A DNA stretch of 64,000 nt from the IMG/VR virus record IMGVR_UViG_3300031612_000006; one strand, 5' to 3'. Position 1 is the first letter of the stretch. Each line of letters opens with the position of its first letter. This document shows, one piece after another, positions 1 through 9,570 of this stretch. This DNA comes from an uncultured virus (IMG/VR IMGVR_UViG_3300031612_000006). Lineage: Duplodnaviria; Heunggongvirae; Uroviricota; Caudoviricetes; Crassvirales. The position numbers and the translations under genes were made by a program. The notes beneath the pieces were generated by a model. The model saw only the letters and a program-made list of their open reading frames with translations, was not told where the DNA came from and made no database searches.

Positions 1-176
1 ACACTAAAACAGAGAACATATATGAATAATCTAGAGAAACTACTGATATTTATATCAGACGTGGAATTGATGGACGATATGACTGCCTCCTTAGAGAGGT
101 TAGTCGCTCGTTCTAATGGTAACAACTTAGTAGACGTAAGGTCTGTTAAGACAAAACTAAAGAACATCAAGAAATT

Positions 177-1559
177 ATGCCAAGAGAAACTTTAGACTCT
201 ATATTAGAGCCAGACGTACAAGATGTACAAGAAGAGCAAGCTGTAGCTCTAGTGATTGAGCCGTTTATGTTCGAGATGGACTACGGTTCAGACATAGAGG
301 TTGACCTGTCATCATTTGGTATATCCGAGATGTCAGAGGTATCACACCACGAAGAAAGAGGCGAGCTTAGGGATTATTTAGAAACCGAATATGAGATAGT
401 ATACTCAGAGAATGACGATTCAATGCATATAGAAGAATCGTTTGTATGTGCATCGTCAGATGGGTTATATCATATGGATAATTCTCAGACAGTTATAGAC
501 TCACATGGTGATGATGTGATGATACATGAAGATAACTATGAGACTGTGTACTGTGAGGATAACGACAACACGTACTTCGATACTTACGCAGCAGAGAGTA
601 ACGGTATAGAGTTCTGCTCAGGGTGTGAAGAAACAAGAGATGTCGAATGCCACGACTTCGAGGAATGTCAAGAAGATGGCAGCGTAGACTCATTCGATAA
701 TTCATCATCAGCACATAAAGGAACAGTGAACACCAAGCATTCTAGAGCTAGAGGGATAACCTCTACAACCTTTTCTAACATGAACGGTATGAGATACACG
801 TTCGGAGTAGAACTAGAAACATCAGGAGGTTATATTCCGAGTTGTGATGGAGATGATTTAAATGCATCAGCAGTAGAAGATGGTAGTATAAGCGGTAAGG
901 AGTATGTAACTGGAGTTCTTGTAGGAGATTCAGGGTTAAGTATGCTCAAGAAAGTTTGTGATACTGTACAAGAAAACTGTGAGATTAATTCTCAGTGTGG
1001 TATACATGTACATATAGGTGGAGCTAACTTTACTAGAAGGTTCACTATCATGGCTGTACACTTAGGGTTAATGCTTCAAGATGAGATATTCGAAATGATG
1101 CCTCCATCTAGGAAGACTAATACATATTGCAAGCCCATCCCTTCTAATCATAAGGAGATGAACTTCAATAATTACAAAGAACATTTAGCAGACTTGATTT
1201 ATTCTTCATGCACATTGGATAAGAATTATAACAAGAAAACCAGACTAGGTAGGTATCCCTCAAAGAGATACTCTTGGTTAAATATGGTTGGCTACAGCCA
1301 AGCTAATGGTCATAACACTATAGAGTTCAGAAATCATGGAGCGTCCATGAACTACGATAAGATTCGTAACTGGACTTTAATATGTATGGCTTTTGTAAAT
1401 TTCGTTGAGAATAATCAACGTAGAATCTGGGAGGCTAAAGACTTACCTGGAGGAATAACATTAAGCGAAGTATTAAACGAGAGCTTAGGTGATAACATAG
1501 GTGGACAGTTGTCTAGATATGTTAACAGTAGGAAAGATAAATTTAACGGGGCGATTTAG
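177..1559 (+). CDS. Putative amidoligase (COOH-NH2 ligase, Amidoligase_2-like) with acidic Cys-containing N-terminal region
   Basis: Motifs FGVELET, EDGSI..KEYVT, CGIHVHIG and TIEFRNH, typical of phage amidoligase enzymes. Confidence 0.8.
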   Translation: MPRETLDSILEPDVQDVQEEQAVALVIEPFMFEMDYGSDIEVDLSSFGISEMSEVSHHEERGELRDYLETEYEIVYSENDDSMHIEESFVCASSDGLYHMDNSQTVIDSHGDDVMIHEDNYETVYCEDNDNTYFDTYAAESNGIEFCSGCEETRDVECHDFEECQEDGSVDSFDNSSSAHKGTVNTKHSRARGITSTTFSNMNGMRYTFGVELETSGGYIPSCDGDDLNASAVEDGSISGKEYVTGVLVGDSGLSMLKKVCDTVQENCEINSQCGIHVHIGGANFTRRFTIMAVHLGLMLQDEIFEMMPPSRKTNTYCKPIPSNHKEMNFNNYKEHLADLIYSSCTLDKNYNKKTRLGRYPSKRYSWLNMVGYSQANGHNTIEFRNHGASMNYDKIRNWTLICMAFVNFVENNQRRIWEAKDLPGGITLSEVLNESLGDNIGGQLSRYVNSRKDKFNGAI

Positions 1560-1570
1560 CCCCTTTATTT
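1548..1570 (+). terminator. Rho-independent terminator candidate
   Basis: GGGGC-GATTTA-GCCCC followed by TTTATTT, overlapping the amidoligase stop codon. Confidence 0.55.
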
Positions 1571-1577
1571 ACAACAC

Positions 1578-1814
1578 ATGAATATACAAGAGAAATTACA
1601 AGAGACCGTAGACTACATAACAGAAAGAACTGAAGATGTAGGAAGTACAATACTATCAGTATGTAAAGATAGTCACTACGGTTGGGATAAAGACGAGTGG
1701 ACTCACAGAAACACTATCATCAACGCTCTAAAAACTAAAGGTTACAACGTAAGTCAGGAGACTAATCACGGAGTATTAGATATAACTATCTATAAGCACG
1801 TAGAGCTAGTGTAA
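1578..1814 (+). CDS. Hypothetical protein
   Basis: 78-aa ORF, co-oriented and tightly packed with neighbours. Confidence 0.65.
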   Translation: MNIQEKLQETVDYITERTEDVGSTILSVCKDSHYGWDKDEWTHRNTIINALKTKGYNVSQETNHGVLDITIYKHVELV

Positions 1815-1993
1815 TGGCAGAACCTAAGAAGTTCTCTCAACTATATGCAGAGTGGTTGCTAACAGAATGCGACGCACCTATAGATGAGATAGAATGGTTA
1901 CATAACAAGTTACCATTAGACGATAAGTTAGAGTTGAATATTCAATTTAAAGAAAAGTTTGGTTATGGGATACATGAAAGAACTAGCGATTAA
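1814..1993 (+). CDS. Small hypothetical protein (MAEPKKFSQLYAEWLLTECD..., 59 aa; not in the ORF track)
   Basis: ATG overlaps the upstream TAA (TAATG); read manually. Confidence 0.5.
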   Translation: MAEPKKFSQLYAEWLLTECDAPIDEIEWLHNKLPLDDKLELNIQFKEKFGYGIHERTSD

Positions 1994-2150
1994 AGAAGAA
2001 TCAATGCAAATTGAACTCTTTTACGAAGGCGCTAGAGATGAACAGTTGGAATTAGAGAGTAGAAAGCGAGAAGCTTATCAAGAATCTCTAAGAGAAGACT
2101 ATAGTTTTGAAGAGTATTTAGAACAAGAAAGAAAAACACACAAGAAATGA
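1959..2150 (+). CDS. Small acidic hypothetical protein (true start probably a downstream ATG)
   Basis: ORF whose stop overlaps the next start (ATGA). Confidence 0.5.
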   Translation: MVMGYMKELAIKEESMQIELFYEGARDEQLELESRKREAYQESLREDYSFEEYLEQERKTHKK

Positions 2151-3034
2151 ACGGTATAGAAAACAAGAAAGCAGACTTCCTATCAAAAGGAGGTCTGGAT
2201 TTCCTAGTAGATAAGGTAGACCTAGTTACTTCAGGTATTGAAGACTCAATAGGAACACCATATTATGCTACAGTAAGACAAGATACAATGTCAGTCCTAG
2301 GATGCGTCACAGATAGATACGTAGTTAAACAAAACCACGAACTACTAGACGTTATATTAGAGAAGATTGGTGATGAACGGTATGATTTAAGTCATTCTAA
2401 GTGCGGACAATTTAAAGGAGGAAAGAAAGTATTCTTCTTCATTAAGATAAACAAGCAAGTAGACTTTGGTCATGAGATGGCAGATACATATGTATATGCA
2501 GTATCATCTCACGATGGCTCAGCTAGGTTAGCATTTGGTATAACTACTAAGCTACACAGTTGTTCTAACATGTTTGGTTTGCTAATGGCTGATAAAGATA
2601 ATCAACACATCATGAAGCACACTAAAAGAATGGAAGGATTGGTCGAGCATAATAAGCTTGATGAATTAATACACCGTAACACCCAAGGTCTTAGTAAAGT
2701 TATGAGGACTTTAGCTACAGGAATACCTAACAAGGAATTTATACTAAAGATGCTAGACTTAGTAGGTAAGGTTGATGGACAACGAGTGATGTCAGAGACC
2801 GTAAGAAAGAGAGCTGAGTTGACTGACAGTATAAACAGTGAGATGAGCGCTAAAGGTGCGAGTTACTATGGTTTATTCAATGGAGTAACACACTATCTTA
2901 CACACAAGACGAAGGACAGCGGTACAGACGAATGGTTTGACTACAACCTTAACGGTAAAGGTTCAGAGATGGTATCCACAGCCCTTAAGATTAGTGTTAA
3001 TCAAATGAAACAAGACGGAGTATGGCTCAACTAA
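2147..3034 (+). CDS. DUF932-family protein (TIGR03299-like phage/plasmid protein)
   Basis: VLGCVTDRYVVKQN, GGKKVF, SSHDGS, CSNMF, H-T and YGLFNGVTHYLTH motifs. Confidence 0.75.
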   Translation: MNGIENKKADFLSKGGLDFLVDKVDLVTSGIEDSIGTPYYATVRQDTMSVLGCVTDRYVVKQNHELLDVILEKIGDERYDLSHSKCGQFKGGKKVFFFIKINKQVDFGHEMADTYVYAVSSHDGSARLAFGITTKLHSCSNMFGLLMADKDNQHIMKHTKRMEGLVEHNKLDELIHRNTQGLSKVMRTLATGIPNKEFILKMLDLVGKVDGQRVMSETVRKRAELTDSINSEMSAKGASYYGLFNGVTHYLTHKTKDSGTDEWFDYNLNGKGSEMVSTALKISVNQMKQDGVWLN

Positions 3035-3612
3035 AGATTGAGGCAGAGAAATTAATGAATTCTTTTCAAGAATCTAAGACAGGTGTATCCTTTGTTAGCT
3101 TCTTAGTACTAGAGTATCACACATCCTCAGACAATAGGATAAAGGGAGGGGACACTTTATCTGATTTCTATGGATTGATACATGAACAGTTAGTTGAAGT
3201 ATATTCTGAGCTAGAATTCTCAGGATACATAACGACAGACAAAGGTACTATAGAGGTAACTAAGAAAGCCACAGCTCTATTAGATAAACAAGTGAAGAGA
3301 AAGAATCCCGTAGAGATTACGAGATTGAAGGACGGATTTGAATCGTACTGGACTACATTAACTCACAAGATAGGTAAGAAGAAAGCATACTTAGTATGGA
3401 TGAAGCTTGCACCTAACAAAGAGTTGGTAGAACATATAGTCAAGTCTGTAATATCTCAGCTAGCCTACAAGAAAAGGATGGATGGCTTAGGTAAATTCGT
3501 TCCCGAACTACAACACCCAGAGAGATGGTTAGCCAACGAAAGATGGGAAGATGTAGTAGAGGAAGTAAGTGTAGTTAAGAAACAAACTAGACCGACAAGA
3601 GATGAAAGATAA
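3022..3612 (+). CDS. Putative phage replication initiator (replisome organiser, DnaD-like C-terminus)
   Basis: FESYW..KIGKKKAY..W..L and HPERWLANERWED motifs; directly upstream of the helicase. Confidence 0.65.
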   Translation: MAQLKIEAEKLMNSFQESKTGVSFVSFLVLEYHTSSDNRIKGGDTLSDFYGLIHEQLVEVYSELEFSGYITTDKGTIEVTKKATALLDKQVKRKNPVEITRLKDGFESYWTTLTHKIGKKKAYLVWMKLAPNKELVEHIVKSVISQLAYKKRMDGLGKFVPELQHPERWLANERWEDVVEEVSVVKKQTRPTRDER

Positions 3613-4924
3613 CCACGAAATAGAACAAGCCTTACTAAGCAAGCTAGTAAACAAACCCAAGGAGTACTATGATAATCATCAGACTCTCCGTGAGGGATTA
3701 TTCACTAGCAAGTACAACAAGGCTATCTATAGATGGATTGATGCAGAGTATCAAGAAGGAGGTAAGTTCGACCTGCTTAAATGTATTCAAGACATTAGTA
3801 AGTACAAAGAATTAAAGGGAGACACAGGGATTGACTATAATGTTATTATGGTTGTCAATGATGCTTTAGGGTATATGCATGAAGCTACTACCCTAATACA
3901 AGCCCTCACTAATTCGTTCAAGAAGTCTAGTGTTAAAGATTTGTGTCAAAACATTCTATCTAACATAGACGCTGTAGATGTAGACGATTCCGTAACCAAG
4001 ATAGAACAAGAATTAAATCAGCTAAGCACCAATGAAAATGGTGGTATAGTAGAGATGATTGACCACTTAAAAGGGGCAATCGCTATGATTGAAAAGAATT
4101 CACTATCATCTGGTCTATCGGGAGTACCAAGTGGCTTTAATAACATAGATAAGTTCACAGGTGGGTGGCAACCTCAAGATTTAATTATCGTAGGAGGTGC
4201 GTCATCCATGGGTAAGACCTCGTTTGCACTAGCATTGTCATTCAATGCTGCTTTATATGGTTTCAATAGTGTAGTGTTCTCTTATGAGATGTCAGTAAAT
4301 CAGCTTGTCTCAAGGCTTTTAAGTTGTGAGACAATGATTGATAACAGATACCTTATTAAGGGGACGCTTACGGCTGACGAATGGAGTAGCATACAAGCTG
4401 CTCAAGGGAAAATAGAGAAGATGCCTTTGTATATAGATGAATGTAGCGATACATCATTGAGATACTTGCTTAATCGAATTAGGCAGTATGTTATTACGAA
4501 GAACGCAAAGATTGTAATGATAGATTACTTGCAGTTAGTTAGTAACCCTATGAGTGGTAGGAGCAGAGAGCAAGAAGTATCTGTTATCACTAGGTCGCTA
4601 AAGAACATAGCTAAGGAACTAGACATTACAGTCATTGCGTTATCTCAACTTAGTAGAGGTGTAGAGAAGAACCCAGGCTCAAGACCTATGCTGTCTAATC
4701 TTAGGGAGAGTGGTGAGATTGAGCAAGCAGCAGATGCTGTAGTGTTCGTTTACCGCCCCGAATATTATGGACATACACATGATGAGGAAGGCAAAAGCAC
4801 AGAAGGAAAGGCAGAGATTATATTCGCTAAAGGAAGGAACATAGGTATAGGTAGCAAGTGGCTTAACTGGACTAGTTACTTAACCAAATTTAGTGAAGAA
4901 ATAGATGGCAATGATTTTTATTAA
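3602..4924 (+). CDS. dnaB: Replicative DNA helicase, DnaB family
   Basis: Walker A GGASSMGKT, FSYEMS, IDYLQL, ALSQLSR and LRESGEIEQAAD motifs. Confidence 0.95.
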   Translation: MKDNHEIEQALLSKLVNKPKEYYDNHQTLREGLFTSKYNKAIYRWIDAEYQEGGKFDLLKCIQDISKYKELKGDTGIDYNVIMVVNDALGYMHEATTLIQALTNSFKKSSVKDLCQNILSNIDAVDVDDSVTKIEQELNQLSTNENGGIVEMIDHLKGAIAMIEKNSLSSGLSGVPSGFNNIDKFTGGWQPQDLIIVGGASSMGKTSFALALSFNAALYGFNSVVFSYEMSVNQLVSRLLSCETMIDNRYLIKGTLTADEWSSIQAAQGKIEKMPLYIDECSDTSLRYLLNRIRQYVITKNAKIVMIDYLQLVSNPMSGRSREQEVSVITRSLKNIAKELDITVIALSQLSRGVEKNPGSRPMLSNLRESGEIEQAADAVVFVYRPEYYGHTHDEEGKSTEGKAEIIFAKGRNIGIGSKWLNWTSYLTKFSEEIDGNDFY

Positions 4925-4950
4925 CCACCTATATTTTGTATATTTACCAG

Positions 4951-5178
4951 ATGAAGACATCCAAGGATATAATAGACAAAGTTAGTGGTAGCCTACCTTA
5001 CAGCAAGAAAGTCATCCAAGACGTTGTAAGTAAAAGCTTTGAAGAAATAGCAGAAAGGATGGCTAATAAAGAAAAAGTCATGTTAAGAGGGTTTATGAAG
5101 TTTGTTTGCGCAGACGACAAAAAGACCAAAGTAATAGGCTTTGACGAGTACAAACATTTTAAAACAAAGGACGAATGA
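4951..5178 (+). CDS. HU/IHF-like DNA-binding protein (short)
   Basis: Helix-helix followed by EKVMLRGFMKF, the HU V.L.GFG.F signature; ATG at 4951 preferred over TTG at 4936. Confidence 0.7.
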   Translation: MKTSKDIIDKVSGSLPYSKKVIQDVVSKSFEEIAERMANKEKVMLRGFMKFVCADDKKTKVIGFDEYKHFKTKDE

Positions 5179-5810
5179 AACCAAACATCATGGTCGTAGG
5201 GAAGAGTGGCTCAGGAAAGAGTACCTCTCTTAGAAACTTAGACCCGAAAAGAACCGCAGTTATAAACACAGAAAGAAAGCAGCTACCTTTTAGAGGAGCC
5301 AAAGATTTTCAGAACGTTCCAGTAGCAGACCTCAACACATTCAATAAAACTTTAACACAAGCCTTAGCTTCAGAGAAGATTGATACTATAGTAATAGAAT
5401 CATTCACATCTCTTATCGAAATGATATACAGAGAGGCTGATATAAGGTTTAAAGGATTTGACGTATGGTCTTTCTACAACAAGGAGATTGATAGAATCTT
5501 AAACATAAGCAAGAACACCGATAAGTATATCATATATCTAGCTATAGACGCTGCATACGATAGCGGAGAGGGTGTTGAAGAGCGTTATGTTGCTGTAGAT
5601 GGTAATAGATGGAAGAAGAGAGTAGAGAAAGAATTCGTTCTATGTCTATTCACCGACAACCACCTAGCAGACGATGGTATTAAGCACAGATTTAGAACGC
5701 AATCTCTAGGTAAGGATTCTGCAAAGAGCCCAATGGAGATGTTCGATGAGCTACATATCGACAACGACCTGCAATATGTCATTGAGAAGTGTGAAGAGTA
5801 TTATAAATAA
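5175..5810 (+). CDS. Sak4-like/AAA_24 P-loop ATPase (ssDNA-annealing recombinase)
   Basis: GKSGSGKST Walker A, INTERK.LPF, IVIESFT and AKSPMEMF motifs. Confidence 0.8.
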   Translation: MKPNIMVVGKSGSGKSTSLRNLDPKRTAVINTERKQLPFRGAKDFQNVPVADLNTFNKTLTQALASEKIDTIVIESFTSLIEMIYREADIRFKGFDVWSFYNKEIDRILNISKNTDKYIIYLAIDAAYDSGEGVEERYVAVDGNRWKKRVEKEFVLCLFTDNHLADDGIKHRFRTQSLGKDSAKSPMEMFDELHIDNDLQYVIEKCEEYYK

Positions 5811-5832
5811 TTAACAACTAAAGTAAACAATT

Positions 5833-6396
5833 ATGTTTCCAGATTTAAAATCAACAGAAGTAAAAGAAGTAGCATCATACCTTCAAGAAGGTATACACGC
5901 TGTAAAGGTAGACGAGGTTAAAAGCTCTAACACCATAGAAGGGTACACAGGTACACCATTCGTAGAGTTTAAGGTATCCAATGAAAAAGGTACACAAACA
6001 CTAAGGTTCCAAGGAACTGATTCAACAACCTCAGCTATAGCAGCTAGAGTTCGTACAGAAATCTTTAAAGGCTTCTTAGTGAATGCAGGTGCTAAGTCAT
6101 TCGATAACCTAGCTGTGGCTTGTAAGGAAGCTGTAGGAAGCAGTATTAACGTTTGTCTATCTAGTAGAGAGTATTGGAACAACGACAAGGTTACAGGAGC
6201 TCCTATACTACGTAAGTCTATTGACTACAAGTTCTCAGGTAAATCAACTAAGGAATTAGTTATGAAGGACTCTTACAATAAGTCACTATCATCTGAAGAC
6301 TTGCTTGCATTTAAGGCAGCTAACGAAGCTCATATCATGGCTATGTCAGGAGAGACTACACAAGCTGGTCATCCTGCTGATAATACTCCATTTTAG
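5833..6396 (+). CDS. Putative single-stranded DNA-binding protein (DUF669-like)
   Basis: Follows the Sak4-like ATPase; beta-rich; C-terminal tail ...DNTPF like SSB tips. Confidence 0.6.
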   Translation: MFPDLKSTEVKEVASYLQEGIHAVKVDEVKSSNTIEGYTGTPFVEFKVSNEKGTQTLRFQGTDSTTSAIAARVRTEIFKGFLVNAGAKSFDNLAVACKEAVGSSINVCLSSREYWNNDKVTGAPILRKSIDYKFSGKSTKELVMKDSYNKSLSSEDLLAFKAANEAHIMAMSGETTQAGHPADNTPF

Positions 6397-6418
6397 TATT
6401 AACTACTAATATTCTTAG

Positions 6419-6444
6419 CGATAGGTTCCTTCGGGAGCTTATCG
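6419..6444 (+). terminator. Stable C(UUCG)G hairpin (terminator or RNA-processing site)
   Basis: CGATAGGTTC-CTTCGG-GAGCTTATCG after the SSB stop; weak U-tract. Confidence 0.5.
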
Positions 6445-6470
6445 TTGAGTAATATTTAAACACTACACAG

Positions 6471-6887
6471 ATGAGTGAGATATACATACACGGTAATGTT
6501 TCGTCTAGCAAGAATAGTAAGCAATGGACAGGCAAGTACCTGATTAACGGAAAGACTACAAGGGAGTACATCAAGAATACCAAGACTGAATACAGAGAAG
6601 GAAAGGAAACGTTCAAGGAATTAGTCAAAGGACTACCCTTGCCGTATCATATATCCTTTTACTTTATACGCAGTACCAGGAGAAAGTTCGATTACATCAA
6701 TCCAGCACAAACTGTTCAAGACCTTATGGTTAAGAATTTCTGGATAGAAGATGATGATATAACCAACATAGTGCCTTATTTCCATGGCTACGAGGTAGAC
6801 AAGGAGAAGGCAGGAGTAATAATTAAAGTACTAAAACCAGAAGAATATGAGCCGTTCCAAGGACACTCACCAAACAAGACTACTTAA
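6471..6887 (+). CDS. RusA-like Holliday junction resolvase
   Basis: GNVSSSKN, RRKFDYIN..QTVQDLM..WIEDDD pattern. Confidence 0.7.
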   Translation: MSEIYIHGNVSSSKNSKQWTGKYLINGKTTREYIKNTKTEYREGKETFKELVKGLPLPYHISFYFIRSTRRKFDYINPAQTVQDLMVKNFWIEDDDITNIVPYFHGYEVDKEKAGVIIKVLKPEEYEPFQGHSPNKTT

Positions 6888-7128
6888 ATACCTGAAAGAA
6901 TACGGTCACATAACGTCACTAGAAGCTATTAGAGATTTAGGAAACACTAGGCTGTCAGCTACTATATTCAACCTCAAAGAAGAGGGAGTCTTAATAGAAA
7001 CTGAGAGCACAACAGTACCTACAAGGTGGGGTACAACAACAACAGTAGCTAAATACACCTACAAAGGTAAGCTGGAGGATACAAACCAGATGTCTATAAA
7101 CGATGTCATAGATAAAGTCGAATGGTAA
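6847..7128 (+). CDS. Winged-HTH DNA-binding protein
   Basis: LLKYLKEYGHITSLEA..LG.TRLSATIFNLKEEG pattern. Confidence 0.7.
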   Translation: MSRSKDTHQTRLLKYLKEYGHITSLEAIRDLGNTRLSATIFNLKEEGVLIETESTTVPTRWGTTTTVAKYTYKGKLEDTNQMSINDVIDKVEW

Positions 7129-7907
7129 AAACAGAAAAACTAAGTGATGAATATATAGTTGATGATGAATCGTACTTTGCAGATTATAAGTACGTAACTA
7201 ACAGTATGCTGAAGAATATAAAGGGTAGTTCAGCACACAATTTAGAACACTATATAAATTCTACATTCCCTTCTTCCCTTGCTTTGGTTCTAGGTTCTGC
7301 ATTTCATTGCTACTTCTTAGAGCCTGATGAATTTCCTAATAGATATATATGGATGCCTAAGGTGGATAAAAGAACCAAGGTAGGTCAAGCTATATACAAG
7401 GAGTTCGTAGCTAACTCTGAAGGACTAGAACCTGTATGTGAATCATACAAGACTAAGTTTGAGGCTATGGAAACAAATCTAATGAGTCATCCAGTAGTAA
7501 GGAAGATTATGGATGGAGCTGAGACTGAGACTATACACTTCTGGAAGGACACGGGTACTAACCTACTGTGCAAAGGTAAAGTTGATATAGAGAAAGGTCA
7601 CCTGCTTGCAGACTTAAAGACTACCTCAGAATTAAAGGGTGCTAGTCCATGGAAGTTTCAGGAATTTAGAGATAAGTGGGGTGTCGAGCAACAAGGTGCA
7701 TTCTATTTAGATGGAACCAAGAAGCAAGATTTCTATTTCATTATGGTAGAACTTAAAGCCCCGCATAATGTGGGTGTGTATAAGTTAAGCCAAGACTCTA
7801 TAGATAAAGGACGAGCATCATACAGAAAACAATTAGAAGACTATAAGGTATACGTCAATGATGAGGTATGCACGTTTTACAATAACAACGAAGCATTAGA
7901 AGTGTAA
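7122..7907 (+). CDS. RecE/exonuclease VIII-like PD-(D/E)XK nuclease (DUF3799-like)
   Basis: GSAFHCYFLEP, DKRTK.G, CKGKVD, DLKTT and Q.AFY motifs. Confidence 0.85.
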   Translation: MVKTEKLSDEYIVDDESYFADYKYVTNSMLKNIKGSSAHNLEHYINSTFPSSLALVLGSAFHCYFLEPDEFPNRYIWMPKVDKRTKVGQAIYKEFVANSEGLEPVCESYKTKFEAMETNLMSHPVVRKIMDGAETETIHFWKDTGTNLLCKGKVDIEKGHLLADLKTTSELKGASPWKFQEFRDKWGVEQQGAFYLDGTKKQDFYFIMVELKAPHNVGVYKLSQDSIDKGRASYRKQLEDYKVYVNDEVCTFYNNNEALEV

Positions 7908-8329
7908 TGGCTGAAGAAACAACTGAATTAGTATTTGTTTATGGGACTCTCAAACGAGGGCTCCATAACAGCTACTTACTGGATAACGATGAGTTCGTAA
8001 CAACAGGAGAGACTAAAGAGAAGTATGTAATGACTGAGGACGGTATACCGTATGTGTCAGAGCTGATTCCTTACTCTACTATACAAGGAGAGATATTCAG
8101 GGTAACTAATACCTCAATGCATACATTAGATATGTTAGAGAGTCACCCAACCTGGTACGAAAGAAGACAAGTATTAATAGTAGCAGAGGATGGTGTTGAA
8201 CACAACTGCTGGTTATACTTTAACGACAAGACATTAGGTTCATTAATTAATATAGACGGAGATTATGGCTCAAAAGAATCAAGGAGAATTCCTATACAGC
8301 AGCAACAGGAAGGTGCGCCAGCAAATTGA
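7907..8329 (+). CDS. Gamma-glutamylcyclotransferase (AIG2-like)
   Basis: VFVYGTLKRG..N, GEIF.V and LDMLE.HP.WY.R motifs. Confidence 0.85.
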   Translation: MAEETTELVFVYGTLKRGLHNSYLLDNDEFVTTGETKEKYVMTEDGIPYVSELIPYSTIQGEIFRVTNTSMHTLDMLESHPTWYERRQVLIVAEDGVEHNCWLYFNDKTLGSLINIDGDYGSKESRRIPIQQQQEGAPAN

Positions 8330-8486
8330 TTTGCTACTACACCAAAACGCTGTAACACAAGCTAATCTTGGGAGCGAAAGCACCGAAGAAGAGAAAGAAG
8401 AAGCAAGAAAGAAAGATAAAGTAATCAAAGATAAGATTAGTGAGCTCGATGCAGAGTTTGCTGATTTTGTTTTCCCAGAGATATAG
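8265..8486 (+). CDS. Hypothetical protein
   Basis: 73-aa ORF in the operon. Confidence 0.55.
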   Translation: MAQKNQGEFLYSSNRKVRQQIDLLLHQNAVTQANLGSESTEEEKEEARKKDKVIKDKISELDAEFADFVFPEI

Positions 8487-8488
8487 AT

Positions 8489-9028
8489 ATGTCAGAAGAG
8501 AATAGAAGTCATTTAGAGTATTTGTTTGATGTTATAGGTAAGGCTATGAACTTAACCAAGGGAGAGATAATAATTCCTACAAGGAAAAGACAACAAGTCT
8601 TAGCCAGGAAGCTATTAGCTCACTACCTGCGGAAAGGTACGACTCTATCCCTCAGGGAGATAGGTGCAATCATAGGTAAAGACCATGCGACTGTAGTACA
8701 TTATCATAAATCTATTAGTGAGCTGGGTGATACTAGTCCTTATGTTAACGCCTTAATGTATTCAATAGATACAGGGATGGTGCATCCAGCACTTAACCTT
8801 AGAGGTAAGTTATCAGACTTAATTAAATACAAATCATCTAACGATAATAGAGTAGATGATGTCTATGATTTCCTATTCAAGAACATGGATAGTTTTAGCC
8901 CTGAGTATCAGTCCTATAACAATCATTCATTTCAAGACCAGGCAATACAACTACAGAAGGCTGAGATTATCGAGCTAAAACAGAGCGTAGAAAATATGAA
9001 GAGTATTATACGAGAAGCTATAGCATGA
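8489..9028 (+). CDS. Protein with DnaA C-terminal (domain IV)-like HTH
   Basis: RKRQQVLARKL..Y.LR..T.LSLREIG.IIGKDHATVVH matches the DnaA-box-binding signature. Confidence 0.75.
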   Translation: MSEENRSHLEYLFDVIGKAMNLTKGEIIIPTRKRQQVLARKLLAHYLRKGTTLSLREIGAIIGKDHATVVHYHKSISELGDTSPYVNALMYSIDTGMVHPALNLRGKLSDLIKYKSSNDNRVDDVYDFLFKNMDSFSPEYQSYNNHSFQDQAIQLQKAEIIELKQSVENMKSIIREAIA

Positions 9029-9297
9029 AAATGCAAATACATTTAAACGAATTAACGTACAAGGTAACTAGATACGCATCGCTTAAAGGTGAGATTAAAC
9101 TTCAGAAGAAGTTTGCTATAGTAAAGACGACTGAGATATGTATAGGCAGTAGCCTAGATGAAATCAACGACGTTAAATACAACCAGTATCTAAAAGAAAG
9201 ACTGAGCACTACAAACTCTAAGTCTTATGGTTGTATTATAGAATTCATTAGCGTTAATAGTAAACACTTTTGTGGATACACTAACGATAGATTTTAA
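9025..9297 (+). CDS. Hypothetical protein
   Basis: 90-aa ORF with ATGA overlap. Confidence 0.55.
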   Translation: MKMQIHLNELTYKVTRYASLKGEIKLQKKFAIVKTTEICIGSSLDEINDVKYNQYLKERLSTTNSKSYGCIIEFISVNSKHFCGYTNDRF

Positions 9298-9312
9298 TTT
9301 AAAACAAACACG

Positions 9313-9489
9313 ATGCCAAGAGCTAAACCAATATCAAAAGATAGTACAGTAAAGAATGTAACTAAGAGTGCATTCCAATTAATGATGGGTGATAATAGAA
9401 AGGGTGTGGTATCACATTCAAACAAGACATCACCAAGAAACTTCCGTCAACAAGGTGCTACCTTAAATGGTAGACAGTACGGACAATAG
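9313..9489 (+). CDS. Small basic hypothetical protein (MPRAKPISKD..., 58 aa; not in the ORF track)
   Basis: A-rich leader AAAACAAACACG before the ATG; read manually. Confidence 0.5.
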   Translation: MPRAKPISKDSTVKNVTKSAFQLMMGDNRKGVVSHSNKTSPRNFRQQGATLNGRQYGQ

Positions 9490-9570
9490 TAAAGAGAGCA
9501 AGCCACTTGAACGCTGCAAACTAAAGTCCTAGCTCCTAAACTTGCTTGAGTGAACGGAGCTAGGCAACAT

